A DNA stretch of 64,000 nt from positions 124,001 through 188,000 of the forward strand of contig CT868005.1 in the NCBI GenBank assembly GCA_000165425.1. Reading direction: 5' to 3'. The notes under the pieces were generated by a model that saw only the letters and a program-made list of their open reading frames with translations, was not told where the DNA came from and made no database searches. Of the stretch, positions 49,106-64,000 are shown one piece after another; position 1 is the first letter of the stretch, and each line of letters opens with the position of its first letter. The DNA is from Paramecium tetraurelia (Eukaryota). A program made the position numbers and the translations under genes.

Positions 49106-51131
49106 ATGATCTAAGTATTAGATTAGAATGATAAAGAAATCTATAAATACAGATTGGCCCAAGGCGAGAATAAATTTGGCAGTGATTCAAAATTGTGCAA
49201 ATTTCTTATCCGCAATGTCCAAAGTGTACTCTTCTCAGTAGTAAATGAATAAATCTAAACCATAGGCTCTTATTAACAATGATGTCTATTTCACCCATTT
49301 TAGTGACTCCTCCAACGTTTACAAGGACTCCACACTCAAACCCTATTCCAAGGTTGAGATACCAAAAAACTTTCTCATTGAAATTTTTCCAACTAAAAAT
49401 TACTACTTTCAAACCTATAAATTTAAACTTCTTGATTTAAGTGAATCCTCCCAACAAAACACTTGTTGTTAAGCTGGAACAACCTAAAATATTGAAGAAT
49501 TTACAGGAACCATGCCTCTAGAAGACATCTTTCAAATTCCACAATAACCCCAGAAATTATCTACAACTCAATCATTTAGTACCACAACATAGGTATTAAA
49601 CACATAAGACCCTTGCTCATCTACATTAATTATTGAAGAAGCCGATTAATCAGAAATTTTTACACTTAATGAACTAATTGTGTAGTATTCTAATATGAGA
49701 TTGATGAACTAATTAGCAGCTAATGACAAACAGGAAGCAGCGACTTAGACAGATCTTATTGAGAAGGAACCTCCTCCTGTATAGAAAAAAGGAACTCTCT
49801 TTAGTGATCTGTTTAAAATTAAAAAATAACAGCAAACTACACCAAATGTGATTCCAAAAGTTCAAGCTCCTGAACCCTAAATAATTGATTCAACTGTTAT
49901 AGACTCCTAATTGTTAGGGGCCACAGTGAATGATGAGGAGCAATAAAAGTTCTTTGAATAAAATAATGAAATAAAAGGGACCATGATAGATGAAGAATTA
50001 GAGAAGGCCTTCTCATCCTAATTCAACAATAAGGAAGAATAAAAATCTTAGGTTTCTCATTCTTAATTCAATAGGATGAATAGTATTAAATCAGAAAATG
50101 TGTATACAACACCTAAGATGGATGTAAATTCTAACATCGAATTAAATGATATATTTGGCAGTTTGCCAGAACTCCCTAATTAAAGTATCGTTTAGCCTTA
50201 AGTGATAAAGAAGTTTTCATCTTTAAAATCGAATTTATTCAGTATTAAGACGGAGGAAATTTAGGAGGAAAAGAATCAATCTCAGTAGGATGATACGCCT
50301 AAGAAGTTAAGGTAATAGGAGAATAGAGGGACAGAGAATAAAAAGAAGAAGGATAAGAAGAAGAAGGAGGTGGTGAAGAAGGTTGGTATGTTAAAAAAAA
50401 TCACTGATGAAATTAGTAACAATTCAATATCAGGATTAGAGGAGGAGAAGATACAACCTAAGTAATAATTGCCTAGACATTCAAATTCAATGGAGTTACC
50501 AAATACAAAAATATTGGAGGAGAAGGCATAAAACATTGTACCAAAGAGTAGAAGGGGATTGAGAAAAAAAAGATTGGTTAATAATGATAGGTAGTTTCGT
50601 ATGATTGCTTTTAGTGGATTCTCAGAAAATGAAATTCCTTCGGAAAAAGATCTGATGAAACTGGATCTTGAATTGGTGGAGAATTAATTTGAGAAATTTG
50701 ATTTATTAATAATTAACACCCCTTTTAAAAGGACATTCAAATTCTTGGCAGCACTTATGCATGGAGCTGAAATAGTTACTGCTGATTGGTTGAAGGATTC
50801 TCTTGCACAATATGATTAGTAGAACCATTAAAATTATGTTCCTGAAAGTGAAGAGTTTCAAAAACAATTTGGGTTGAGCATAAAATAAATAATACAGTGC
50901 AGAGACGATTACTTTGAGAGCAATGACAATATCATAGAAATTTTTGAAGGGAAGTACTATGTCAATGAAGATGCTATACCGTCAAGAGTTGAGATAGAAT
51001 ACCTGATAAAATTGGGAGGAGGACAAGTAGTTAGAAAGGCGAATAAAAATGTCTATGTAATAAGTGAGAGCAAGAAGCCAAACACATATGCATCTGATTT
51101 CATTTTGGATGCATGCATGTTTTAATAGTGA
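49106..51131 (+). CDS. Tandem-BRCT protein with FHA-like N-terminus (MDC1/PTIP-like)
   Basis: C-terminal IAFSGF..KRTFKFLAALMHGAEIVTADWLKDS..PSRVEIEYLIKLGGGQV..SDFILDAC; N-terminal YRLAQGENKFGSD. Confidence 0.8.
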
Positions 51132-51178
51132 AGATTTTGTTTATTATTTATTTTTATAAAATTAACTAAAGATTATTT

Positions 51179-55269
<4,091 letters not shown>

Positions 55270-55318
55270 TAGATATTAAATCAATCAAAATAATTTATGG
55301 AATTAACATGTCAATTAC

Positions 55319-55337
55319 ATATATATATATATATATT
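55319..55337. repeat. Short (AT)n microsatellite in the spacer after GCN2
   Basis: atatatatatatatat run. Confidence 0.7.
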
Positions 55338-55389
55338 AATTTGTCTCTACTTCCTCTGATTATTTTATATATAATATATAATATTTAAA

Positions 55390-55983
55390 ATGCATTAATA
55401 AACCTCTCGTAAATAATGTTAAATTTGTCAAATGACTAGAGATAATACTTATTAAAATCCTAATTGCATGCATAGTTACTGTTTGAACTGTTGTTAGAAC
55501 AACAAAATCAAAGGGTAATGTGAAGCAAAAGACTGTAAAGCTTAAATCAATCTGTCGAAAGTGGTATAATATTTCGAGGAAGGTATGACAGCTCTTCTAT
55601 GAAAAGTTAATAGGATATAAATGTAAGGACTTACAGGAAAGTAATATAATAATAATTCTGAAATCAGTGTATCATCTAGCATAAAATCATCGATGATTAA
55701 TAAATCCAAATAATATGCTTCTCCAAATGAATCCATCTATGATTCGCAACAATTCTACTCCAAGAACCCTAAGATGGATATATCTGCTACTCTTAACTAT
55801 TGTGCCCTTTGTCTCTTCTACATTAGAGACGATTTATTGAAACAATAATTGCAAGTCAACAAAAACAATCATTATTTGGAATGCCAATTGCACACAATTT
55901 GTGCCTATTGCGTTAGTTATTTTATTACCCGTAAAAAAAGCAAAAAATATTATTGTGAAATATGTGAAAGACTGATAAAATGA
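55390..55983 (+). CDS. Small protein with two RING-like zinc fingers
   Basis: CQIC..CMHSYCLNC..CEAKDC and CALC..CQLHTICAYC..CEIC. Confidence 0.72.
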
Positions 55984-56004
55984 ATCAATATATGTTTATA
56001 AATT

Positions 56005-56318
56005 TCATTATAAATGTTCCATCCAATCCTTTGAACCATTAATCCAGCGCTCCTTATCACAAGTAGTATTGAGACTATTATTCCTGTACATCGTCGCCAT
56101 TAGTAAATGCTATGTTCATTTCATTATTTACATCTGTAAACTTTCCGTTATGATTACTATCCTTTGGAACTGGGATGTATTGTTGCTAACTTCCTATCAG
56201 CTATCCGTGAGTTCTGTAGAATTGCTTAGCGTGAAGCTTCATAAATTCTATCGACTTCAATTCAATCATTACCTTCATCAGAGAGCTCCTATTAATTCGG
56301 CTATTGATTTGCACTCAT
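56005..56318 (-). CDS. PIERCE1/2 (C9orf116/CFAP182)-like ciliary microtubule inner protein
   Basis: After removing two short introns: FYRTHGQLIG..HNGKFTDHLLMATMYRNNSLNTTCDK; the MYRNNSLNT motif matches my recollection of this family. Confidence 0.72.
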
Positions 56319-56532
56319 TGAGAATTAGCAATTATTATATGAAATATATAAAATAATTATTTTTTATACATTAATGAACTGATTATGTATATCGCAATTA
56401 TATAAATTCGAAATAATAATTATAGTATCTTAGATTTCCAATATCGTCATTCAGCATCAAATAGCCAAAAATCAATTTAAAATCATTTATCACAAATATA
56501 CCAATTAAATTTATTTTCAATCCGAATTCCCT

Positions 56533-56811
56533 ATGGGCTGTGCATAAGTGGTCAACACTACACATGAGATTTACGAGCCAATCATAGAAAGAAACTCTTC
56601 TAAAAGAACGACTTCAAAAAATGCAACTACTTGTCAAGACTCCCCAATAATATTTCCATTGAACTTACCTGATGGGTTTGGAAAATACAAGAAGAATCCT
56701 AGAAATACTGGGAGAAGGACTAAGTTAAGGAATACAATGAGAATAGAAATACAATTAGACAGTAGTAAAAATACTATCCTGTAAAGAAGAACAACATCTG
56801 CTTTAGTCTGA
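56533..56811 (+). CDS. Small hypothetical protein with MGC N-terminus (predicted acylation)
   Basis: MGCAQVVNTTHEIYEP..SSKNTILQRRTTSALV*. Confidence 0.65.
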
Positions 56812-57378
56812 AAATGAATTGTATTTATCTCCAATCTATTATTCTAATCTATGATTTATAACAATAATCACTTATCTGGTCACTTGAGACTCAATCTTCG
56901 ACATACAATTAAATTATTATATTGTATTCAACAAACCAGTATTTAAGTTTGAATTTCTTATAAATAATTTGATTTTCATCAATTTTTTTATAATCTGCCT
57001 GTTATTGGAGATTAAAGAAGAATTTAGATATTAATACATACAATCTGCTTTCATTTCTGCAAGATGAATCTGAAATCACAGAGTACATTACAATTTCACT
57101 GAAATATATACAGTATTGTCATTCATTATAGACTCAAATTGCATTACATTATAAAATTAATTTATTTTCATTTAATACTATATTATTACCTAGTAAGAAC
57201 AGGCAAATATATCTATTGCTTAAGTCATATGTGATTTAAATATTAATTGACACATCGGCTGTTTAAAATTGAGAGTGAATGTGATTAGGAGTGAACAATA
57301 AATTATGTTATTAATGAATTTTATTGATTATATCTGTTAGCTCAAAGATAATATTATAAAAATTGAAGATTCTAATAA

Positions 57379-59269
57379 ATGAAAAAAGGACCGGTCAAAA
57401 GGAAGTTTGAGAGTAAATTAGGTTGTTAATTTAAGGTTTTGGCTTTAGTTCTTCAAATCCTTATGACCAACGCGTTCAAAAAGAATTAGTGTTGCATATA
57501 CAAAATCAGGTTCAGATAGGGAATGACTTCACCCTAAAGTTATATAGTTGGATGAAGATTTCAATTTTAAAGCAAAAAATACACAAGGCAACAAAACTTG
57601 ATTTGGGTGATTTCAGGGTGCTATATAAAAATCAAGAGTTATAATTGAACAATTAAGATCTTGAAGTAATTCATATTCTATTGAGATAGGACTATGGAAT
57701 CAAGAATCATGTGTCATTAAAGCTGGTGGCTCGTAAGTAGGGTTAGTAGACGTATTTCATCAATAGTCTTCATAATATATTGGAAGAGTCCAGAAGTACT
57801 CAAGAACAATTTTAAAATGCAAAATGGGCTGTCGAAGGAGCCTTCATGAAGGGAATCACCCCAAAATTGACTGATTTCGGAACACAGGGAACCTACATAT
57901 TAGAAAATCAGAATCACAAACCAGTGGCAATTTTCAAACCTTATGATGAAGAAGCCTTTGCGTAAGTTCTAAAGTTATTGTGTAGCCCAAACAACCCGAG
58001 AGGAATGAGAGGGAAAATGAACTCTCCTGGACTCAGATAGGGCATCTTGTCAGGCGAAGGAGTAGATCGAGAAGTGGCTGCATACCTGATTGATCAGTCC
58101 TCTGGACATTATCATAATGGTAATGTTGAAGTTGAGTTAATTTAGTCCCTATAACTAATTATGTCCAAATCTGCCATCCGACATTTCATGAGGCAGAGGA
58201 ATATAAATAGTTTTAGCATGAAAAAATACCAATCAAAGAAGGTTCGTTTTAATTATACATACCCCATGATGATAATGTCGGTAATTATGGGAGTGGGTTG
58301 TATCCATCAATGGAAGCCAGGAAGATAGCCATTTTAGATATAAGAATTTTGAATTGTGATCGCAACGAAGAAAACATTTTAGTGAGAAAAAAGTAATATA
58401 TCTCTCTATATATTCTATAATAGAAAGCTTCCTTAAGCAAATGGATAAACCAGATAAGCTTTTGATTACTTTTTAATTCCAATTGATCATGGTTACTCAT
58501 TTCCAGATTCATTTAAAATTTGTAGAGATGAAGTAGTCTGGTACCATTGGAATTAAATGACCTAACCATTTACTTAAGAAGAAAAACTCTTTATTGAAAG
58601 GATAGATCCAGAGAAGGATATTAAGATGATAAAAGAAAAAGTATAGTTAAGAGAAATTTGCTTAAGAAATGCGAAGATAGCCACTATTCTCTTGAAAATG
58701 GGAGCAGCAGCTGATTTAACTATTCATGATATAGCGTAAGAGATTTACTTTTATATGTAGTGAAATTCTGTATCGAGAAGATCCTGATGAATTGTCTCCA
58801 ATTGAAAAGGCTGTCCAGACTGCAGTAGATAATTATAAGTATTTTCAATTACATTATTATCAGTAATAATGTTAGAGTGCCAAAGGGGTTTTCAAATTTT
58901 AAAGAAAAGTTATTATCAAACAATCTTATTTAAAAATCTTTGGAATTTGAATCCTCAAACTTAAATAATTTGGATAAACCTTAAATCAATTAGCCTCTAC
59001 TGAAATTATAAATTATAAGAGATGAGGAGGAGAACAAAGACACAAATGAGAGAGAGAATAAAACCTAATATTCTGATAAAAAGTTAACCAGAGCTGGCTC
59101 TCAGTAGAACATAAAAAGCATAAAAAAACCCATTGAAAAAGAATGGAATGAAGAATTCTATGCTCATATCTCTTACTTACTTTAATAACTAGTAGAACAT
59201 AAATAATCAGAGAAAGTACCTTCTCCAAGGAAATACAGGCCCAGATATATCAGTGAAGAAGTCAAATGA
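57379..59269 (+). CDS. Type II (gamma-like) phosphatidylinositol 4-kinase with N-terminal ubiquitin-like domain
   Basis: GTQGTY..VAIFKPYDEE..PNNPRG..GEGVDREVAAYLID..ILDIRILNCDRNEENILV..LIPIDHGYSFP; N-terminal KISILKQKI..FRVLYKNQEL. Confidence 0.9.
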
Positions 59270-59357
59270 GAATTAAATTATTTAATATTCCAGGAAAATT
59301 ATCGTTATTATATCAAAATTGTATTGACTTATAGGTCAATAGAAATTGTCATCGCTG

Positions 59358-60187
59358 TCAACTTGATTCTTAGAAACCAAGAACTTTTGATTCGAATCCA
59401 AATAACTATAATAGGAAATGAGAATTGAACCTATTGCTATAATCTAATTCATGATGTTAGTAGTTTTATTGTATCATCTATTCATCTTCCTTGATTAATT
59501 CTAAATCAGTATATTTTTCTGATTATAGAACCTCAATTCTGATCTTTTTTTATTGAATTTACGGTTACTCAAGATTGTCATTTTCTGAAAATTAGTTTTA
59601 TTCAATTCTCAGTGGCTTATTATATAAAATAGCTTCCAAAATTCTTTTTTGTTAAATATCATATTCATTCAGAGTTGAAAGACTAGAGTAAAGAATGCAA
59701 TAGGATACCCTTCTCTTTAGAATTTTAACTTAATTTAGTTGAATTTATACGAGAATTCATTCTACTTCTTTTTCATACCACTGTTCCAATGATTCTTGAT
59801 TGAATTATCTGTTCGACCAATGATGTGTTTGGCGATTTCAGACCATTTGTTACCTGTAAATATTGAAAATACATGGTTACGAAAGACTTTGTGGTATAGA
59901 TATAGAATCCATTCTTCATCTTCATCCCAAGGAGATCTTTTTATCGATGGATTTAAATGATTATGCCATCTAAAAAGATGAGTAATGGCATGAACCTTTC
60001 TCTACATTGCTTTCCTACTCTGCCTTGCAAATATTGGGCGATTTGGGTCCATTTTTAAGGACCAAAAGTTTGAATCAATTCAAGAACTTTCATATCCTCA
60101 TCTTCACTCCAAGGTCCTATGTGAGTATGAAGGTTAGTGCTTACTCTTTCGAATGACTTTAGGGTTGTTGGTTATATTTTATTTCAT
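59358..60187 (-). CDS. Myb transcription factor (two repeats)
   Basis: [59 protein letters not shown]. Confidence 0.93.
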
Positions 60188-60294
60188 TTAAATTAACTAA
60201 AAAAGTAATGATAATTTAAGAAAGGGAAAATGTATTTTTATTTCTTTTTTTTATAAATATTTTTAATTATATTTTATAAATAAGATAATTAAAA

Positions 60295-63044
60295 ATGAGC
60301 GATGATATATTAAGCAAGAGTAATTTGGGGGAATTTGGCGAAGTAAGTTTTCAAATAGGTTTTTACTCTAGGACATAGATTAATAGTTATATGAGAGATG
60401 CGAGTAGTTTTGTCAGAAATTGAGACGCACAAATTAATAGCTCTACAAGTTTTATTTTGATCAAATTCTAGGCAATTTTCAAATATCGTTAGTTAAAATA
60501 CACGTATAGCTAAGGAGCAGTTGGGATAAATGTTGGGCGAAGAACCAGAACTCTTAAAGGAAGTGAATGGTTTATTGGAAGATGATGTTAAATTCAAGAC
60601 TCAGAAGGAGAAATTGACTGAATTCGTGAACAACGAGACCAATTAGAGTAAGGCAATGGAGACCATATTAAAATAAATACAGAATGGGTAATTGGATGGC
60701 CATCAGAATAAAGATCACATCTTGGATTTATTCAGCAATGATCCTCAATTGCAATAGTAATTCCTGCAGAGTTTCAAAAAGAAGCACGAGTAGAATCCCC
60801 CAAAAAAGAAGGTTGAGGAGAATAGGAATTATTTCTAAAGACTCTTGGACAAGAGTGGAATAGCTGTTATTGATATGGTAAAAATTGATTAATTAAAATA
60901 GAATGAATTACTATTTTGGGATAAATTTAGATTGAGAGTGATCCAGTAATTCCCTAATGACCATTAACAGTACATGAATGAGTTCCTGAAGGTAATTCAT
61001 CTCTATTCTGAATGCATAATCACTCAGATGGAAGTTATGGAATTGATTAATCAATAAGGCTGGTTGGAGAGAGAATACATTGACGATATAAGATCAATGT
61101 TAACGACCAGAGTCATAGCTAGAAGAATACAAACGCCATTATTCAAACCATTGAAAGATACTGATTTTGCTTAGGTTGACAGAGTGACTAGATCCTATGT
61201 GAGAATGCCAATAGGATATGCTAAGGCAAACAACAATCCTGAGATTCTTAATCATTCATGGGTTTCTGTTCCATTTGGTTCTGAAGATTAATCATTCTTG
61301 ATTATGAGGAAAAACACCTTTGAGGAGCAATTGTTTAAAAGTGAAGATGAACGCTTTGAATTCGATGTCAACATCTAATAGATCAAAAGAACTATTAATC
61401 TACTTCAAGAAATCATTGATGGAAATAAGGGTGAGTAAGCTTTAGTGACCAAAGTTATTGACATGAGAATTTTATAGTAATTGTATAGAAATTAGACTCA
61501 AGATCAGAACGAAATCATCTAATTGTTTTAATCAAAACCTGTAGAAAGTGCTAAGATTTTGATTAAGAGAGTCAAGTAGAAATTAAATGAATTGGTACAA
61601 GCAAGGAATACTAAAGCTAAATAAGTTTGGGATACAGTCTCTACAATTAATTTTCATCGATCATTGGATCATAGATCTTTCTATTTCAAAAAGAATGATA
61701 AATTGGTAATCAATGGATAGAGATTTGTCAGAGAAATTGAAGAATATGCCAAAAATGTATTAATTAAATTCCTGGGAACTAAGGATCATGTATTCATTAA
61801 AAGAAAAGCTGATATCATTTAGTTCACCTTTGATGAGTCATTTTTAAATTCCTTAGCTTAAATGACCAATATCAAACCATTCCTACCAAAACAAATGCCA
61901 TTGGCAGCTCCGACAAAAGAAAATGTCCGTTTTTGTCCACTTATTTCACTTTGGATGGGTAATGAACAAATACTCTAAGAGTGTGGGCAATTTGTTATCC
62001 ATTATCTATAAATTATGGGTGGGAATAACTCATTAGATAAAAGAAATGGTACATTCTTGATGATTAAATTGATCAATCACTTTTTTTAAGTTCCTATGAA
62101 ACCTATGTAAATATCTGAGTTGATATTAAATGATACTAAATTAAAGACAGAAATAACAGAGTTAGAAATATATGATATTCATTATAATCCTGAAGAGAAT
62201 ACAGTCTCAATTCCAGAGATAGAGAATGAACCTCCAGGACACTTTTTAAATTTACAACCTAGAGTGAAGTCTACAACTTATGTTACTCAAAATTTGTACA
62301 TCTTATTGAGATTTTTGCATACCATATATCAGAGATTAGAGATGGCCTACATAATCAGTAAACAGAACACTCTTGGAAAGGATAGGAGATACAATTTATT
62401 TAAATCAGCACTGTTCCTTTCTTTGAAGGCCAAAGACTTTAAATATGAAGATCATTTAAGAAGCTTATTTGGAAAACATGTAAATATAGTTATGACTCTA
62501 GGGTTTCATATTTTCGACATTAGAAAAGGTGCTTCATGATGCTGCCAAATAGTTGGCAATCTGTGCTTCAGATGCAGTGACAACTAGTTATTTTGAGAAG
62601 TCTGCTTCATACAATGGAGACATTGATAAATACTTTTAAGTAGTATCAGGAATAGTCAATGGAGAAGGGATCAAGGTATCTGATCTGGAGGCTGAAGTGT
62701 ATTACCAATTTTAGACACTCTAAGAAGAAGAGATGCTGTTAAGATTGCATGAGACACTTCAGAATTGCAAACCAGAGAAGAAACCCATATACAGAGTAAG
62801 ATGATTAAGTATTCATTTTTAGATTGCATGTTGGCATAAGGCGTGTTTCATATCGATGTTGCCAGGATATGGAGGTCACAATCAAGAGAAATGTACTTCT
62901 TGGAAACAACCCTTTTTGATGAGAAATATGATGAGAGGATAGAGGAGAATGATGATTAGAAATGGCATTGAATGGATGGTAGATGAGATGTGTCATTTCA
63001 AACCTATTATCAATCATGGAGAAGATTACTTAAAGTGTGTATGA
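60295..63044 (+). CDS. SIN3: Sin3 corepressor-like protein (PAH / HDAC-interaction domain)
   Basis: [66 protein letters not shown]. Confidence 0.9.
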
Positions 63045-63100
63045 TTTCATAGCAACAAATTTATTAATATATCTATTAAATTACAAAACTATCATAATTA

Positions 63101-64000
63101 TCAAGCATCCACCCATAGCATCTCTCCTATCTTACCTATTATGGCTGGCAATGATTGATTTCTCCACTATTTCTATACACTCAACTCCTCCATTATTATG
63201 TATAGATTTTGAATCAACAATCCAAAACTTTATTTCAACACCTTCAAACTCGACGGTTTTTAACTAAACAAATACAAAGTGCTAGTATATTCAATTACAT
63301 GTACTCATTTTATTATTGGATGTAACTCTTACTCCCCTTGAATTTAAATTCATATTTCAATGTCACGCCCTTAATCTTTGCTATCTACTACAACAGTAAG
63401 CCTAAATAGCCCAAAGATGTAGCCAGTTGATCCTCATCTTAACTCGACATATTCAATTGACCATCATTCAGAAACTTGATCTTGTGTAATCCCCACAAGA
63501 GTCTCTAATTTTCCTTGTCAAAGAAAATCGTACATAACTACAATAGAAACAACCGCTTTATTCCTTTAGCCACTGTGCTTCTAATCTATATCGTTTCCCT
63601 TAAGAAATAGAAGGATAACTCACTCTTTTTTTTGACATGACTTAAAATCTTCCTTCAATTTATCATTGAATTTATCAATCCAATCAGCTCTCTCTTTATA
63701 CACTCGCTATTATTCAGCACAATATTGCTAATTCTTTGTGATTTCTTAACTCTCCTTATCCATCTGTTTCTATATTTCCTTCTTCTTAATCTCAAATTCA
63801 GTGCTCAAACACTTAACATTATAAGCATCGCTTTGTTTCTTCGACCCTTATTCCATATAGCTCAACAACTAATTCAACTCCTCCTCTAAAGCAATCCTTT
63901 GATTCCTCAAGCTCTCCTTCCTCTCTTTTAATGATTATAATTCTTATAACATTAATAATTATAATCTCTAATACAGATAAATCAATCTAACTCTCTCTCA
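63101..64000 (-). CDS. UVRAG/Atg14-like PI3K complex subunit (5' end outside window)
   Basis: Coiled coil followed by ATSLGYLGLLLQQIAKIKGVTLKYEFKFKGSKSYI..LKQSFGLLIQNL. Confidence 0.65.

Noticed and set aside
56850..57350. Possible C/D snoRNA or SECIS in the spacer
   Set aside because: No convincing RUGAUGA/CUGA pair with a terminal stem, and no adjacent gene needs TGA read as Sec
59270..59421. Extension of the PI4K gene overlapping the Myb 3' end
   Set aside because: The PI4K frame ends at TGA 59267-59269 and the Myb frame ends at 59358, so no CDS overlap is needed

Overview
This is eukaryotic DNA: a gene-dense, very AT-rich ciliate chromosome segment, almost certainly Paramecium (probably aurelia complex) and consistent with macronuclear sequence. 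TAA/TAG encode Gln and only TGA stops (translation table 6). Genes are split by tiny GT..AG introns of about 20-30 nt and separated by spacers of tens of bp, so the supplied standard-code ORF track shows only fragments or antisense noise. Re-reading by eye gives about 35 protein genes. These include Tubby, a membrane RING protein, an RBR E3 ligase, Nop10, an EF-hand protein, Sec61-beta, a CNBD K+ channel, Pumilio, MORN, a DadA-like FAD oxidoreductase, KH, a PLD6/Zucchini-like protein, ATP12, a polycystin-like channel, an AGC kinase, an FHA-like/BRCT protein, GCN2, a PIERCE-like protein, type II PI4K, Myb, Sin3 and a UVRAG/Atg14-like protein. I saw no CRISPR array, rRNA, tRNA, telomere or intact transposon, and no clustered multi-gene novel system that I can support. 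The best leads are single genes: a catalytically dead Zucchini-like nuclease, a forkhead-like winged helix, an MDC1-like architecture, a K+ channel with a CCHC zinc knuckle and a bacterial-type D-amino-acid dehydrogenase. All calls come from manual translation and recalled motifs, with no database searches. Start codons and some intron boundaries are approximate.
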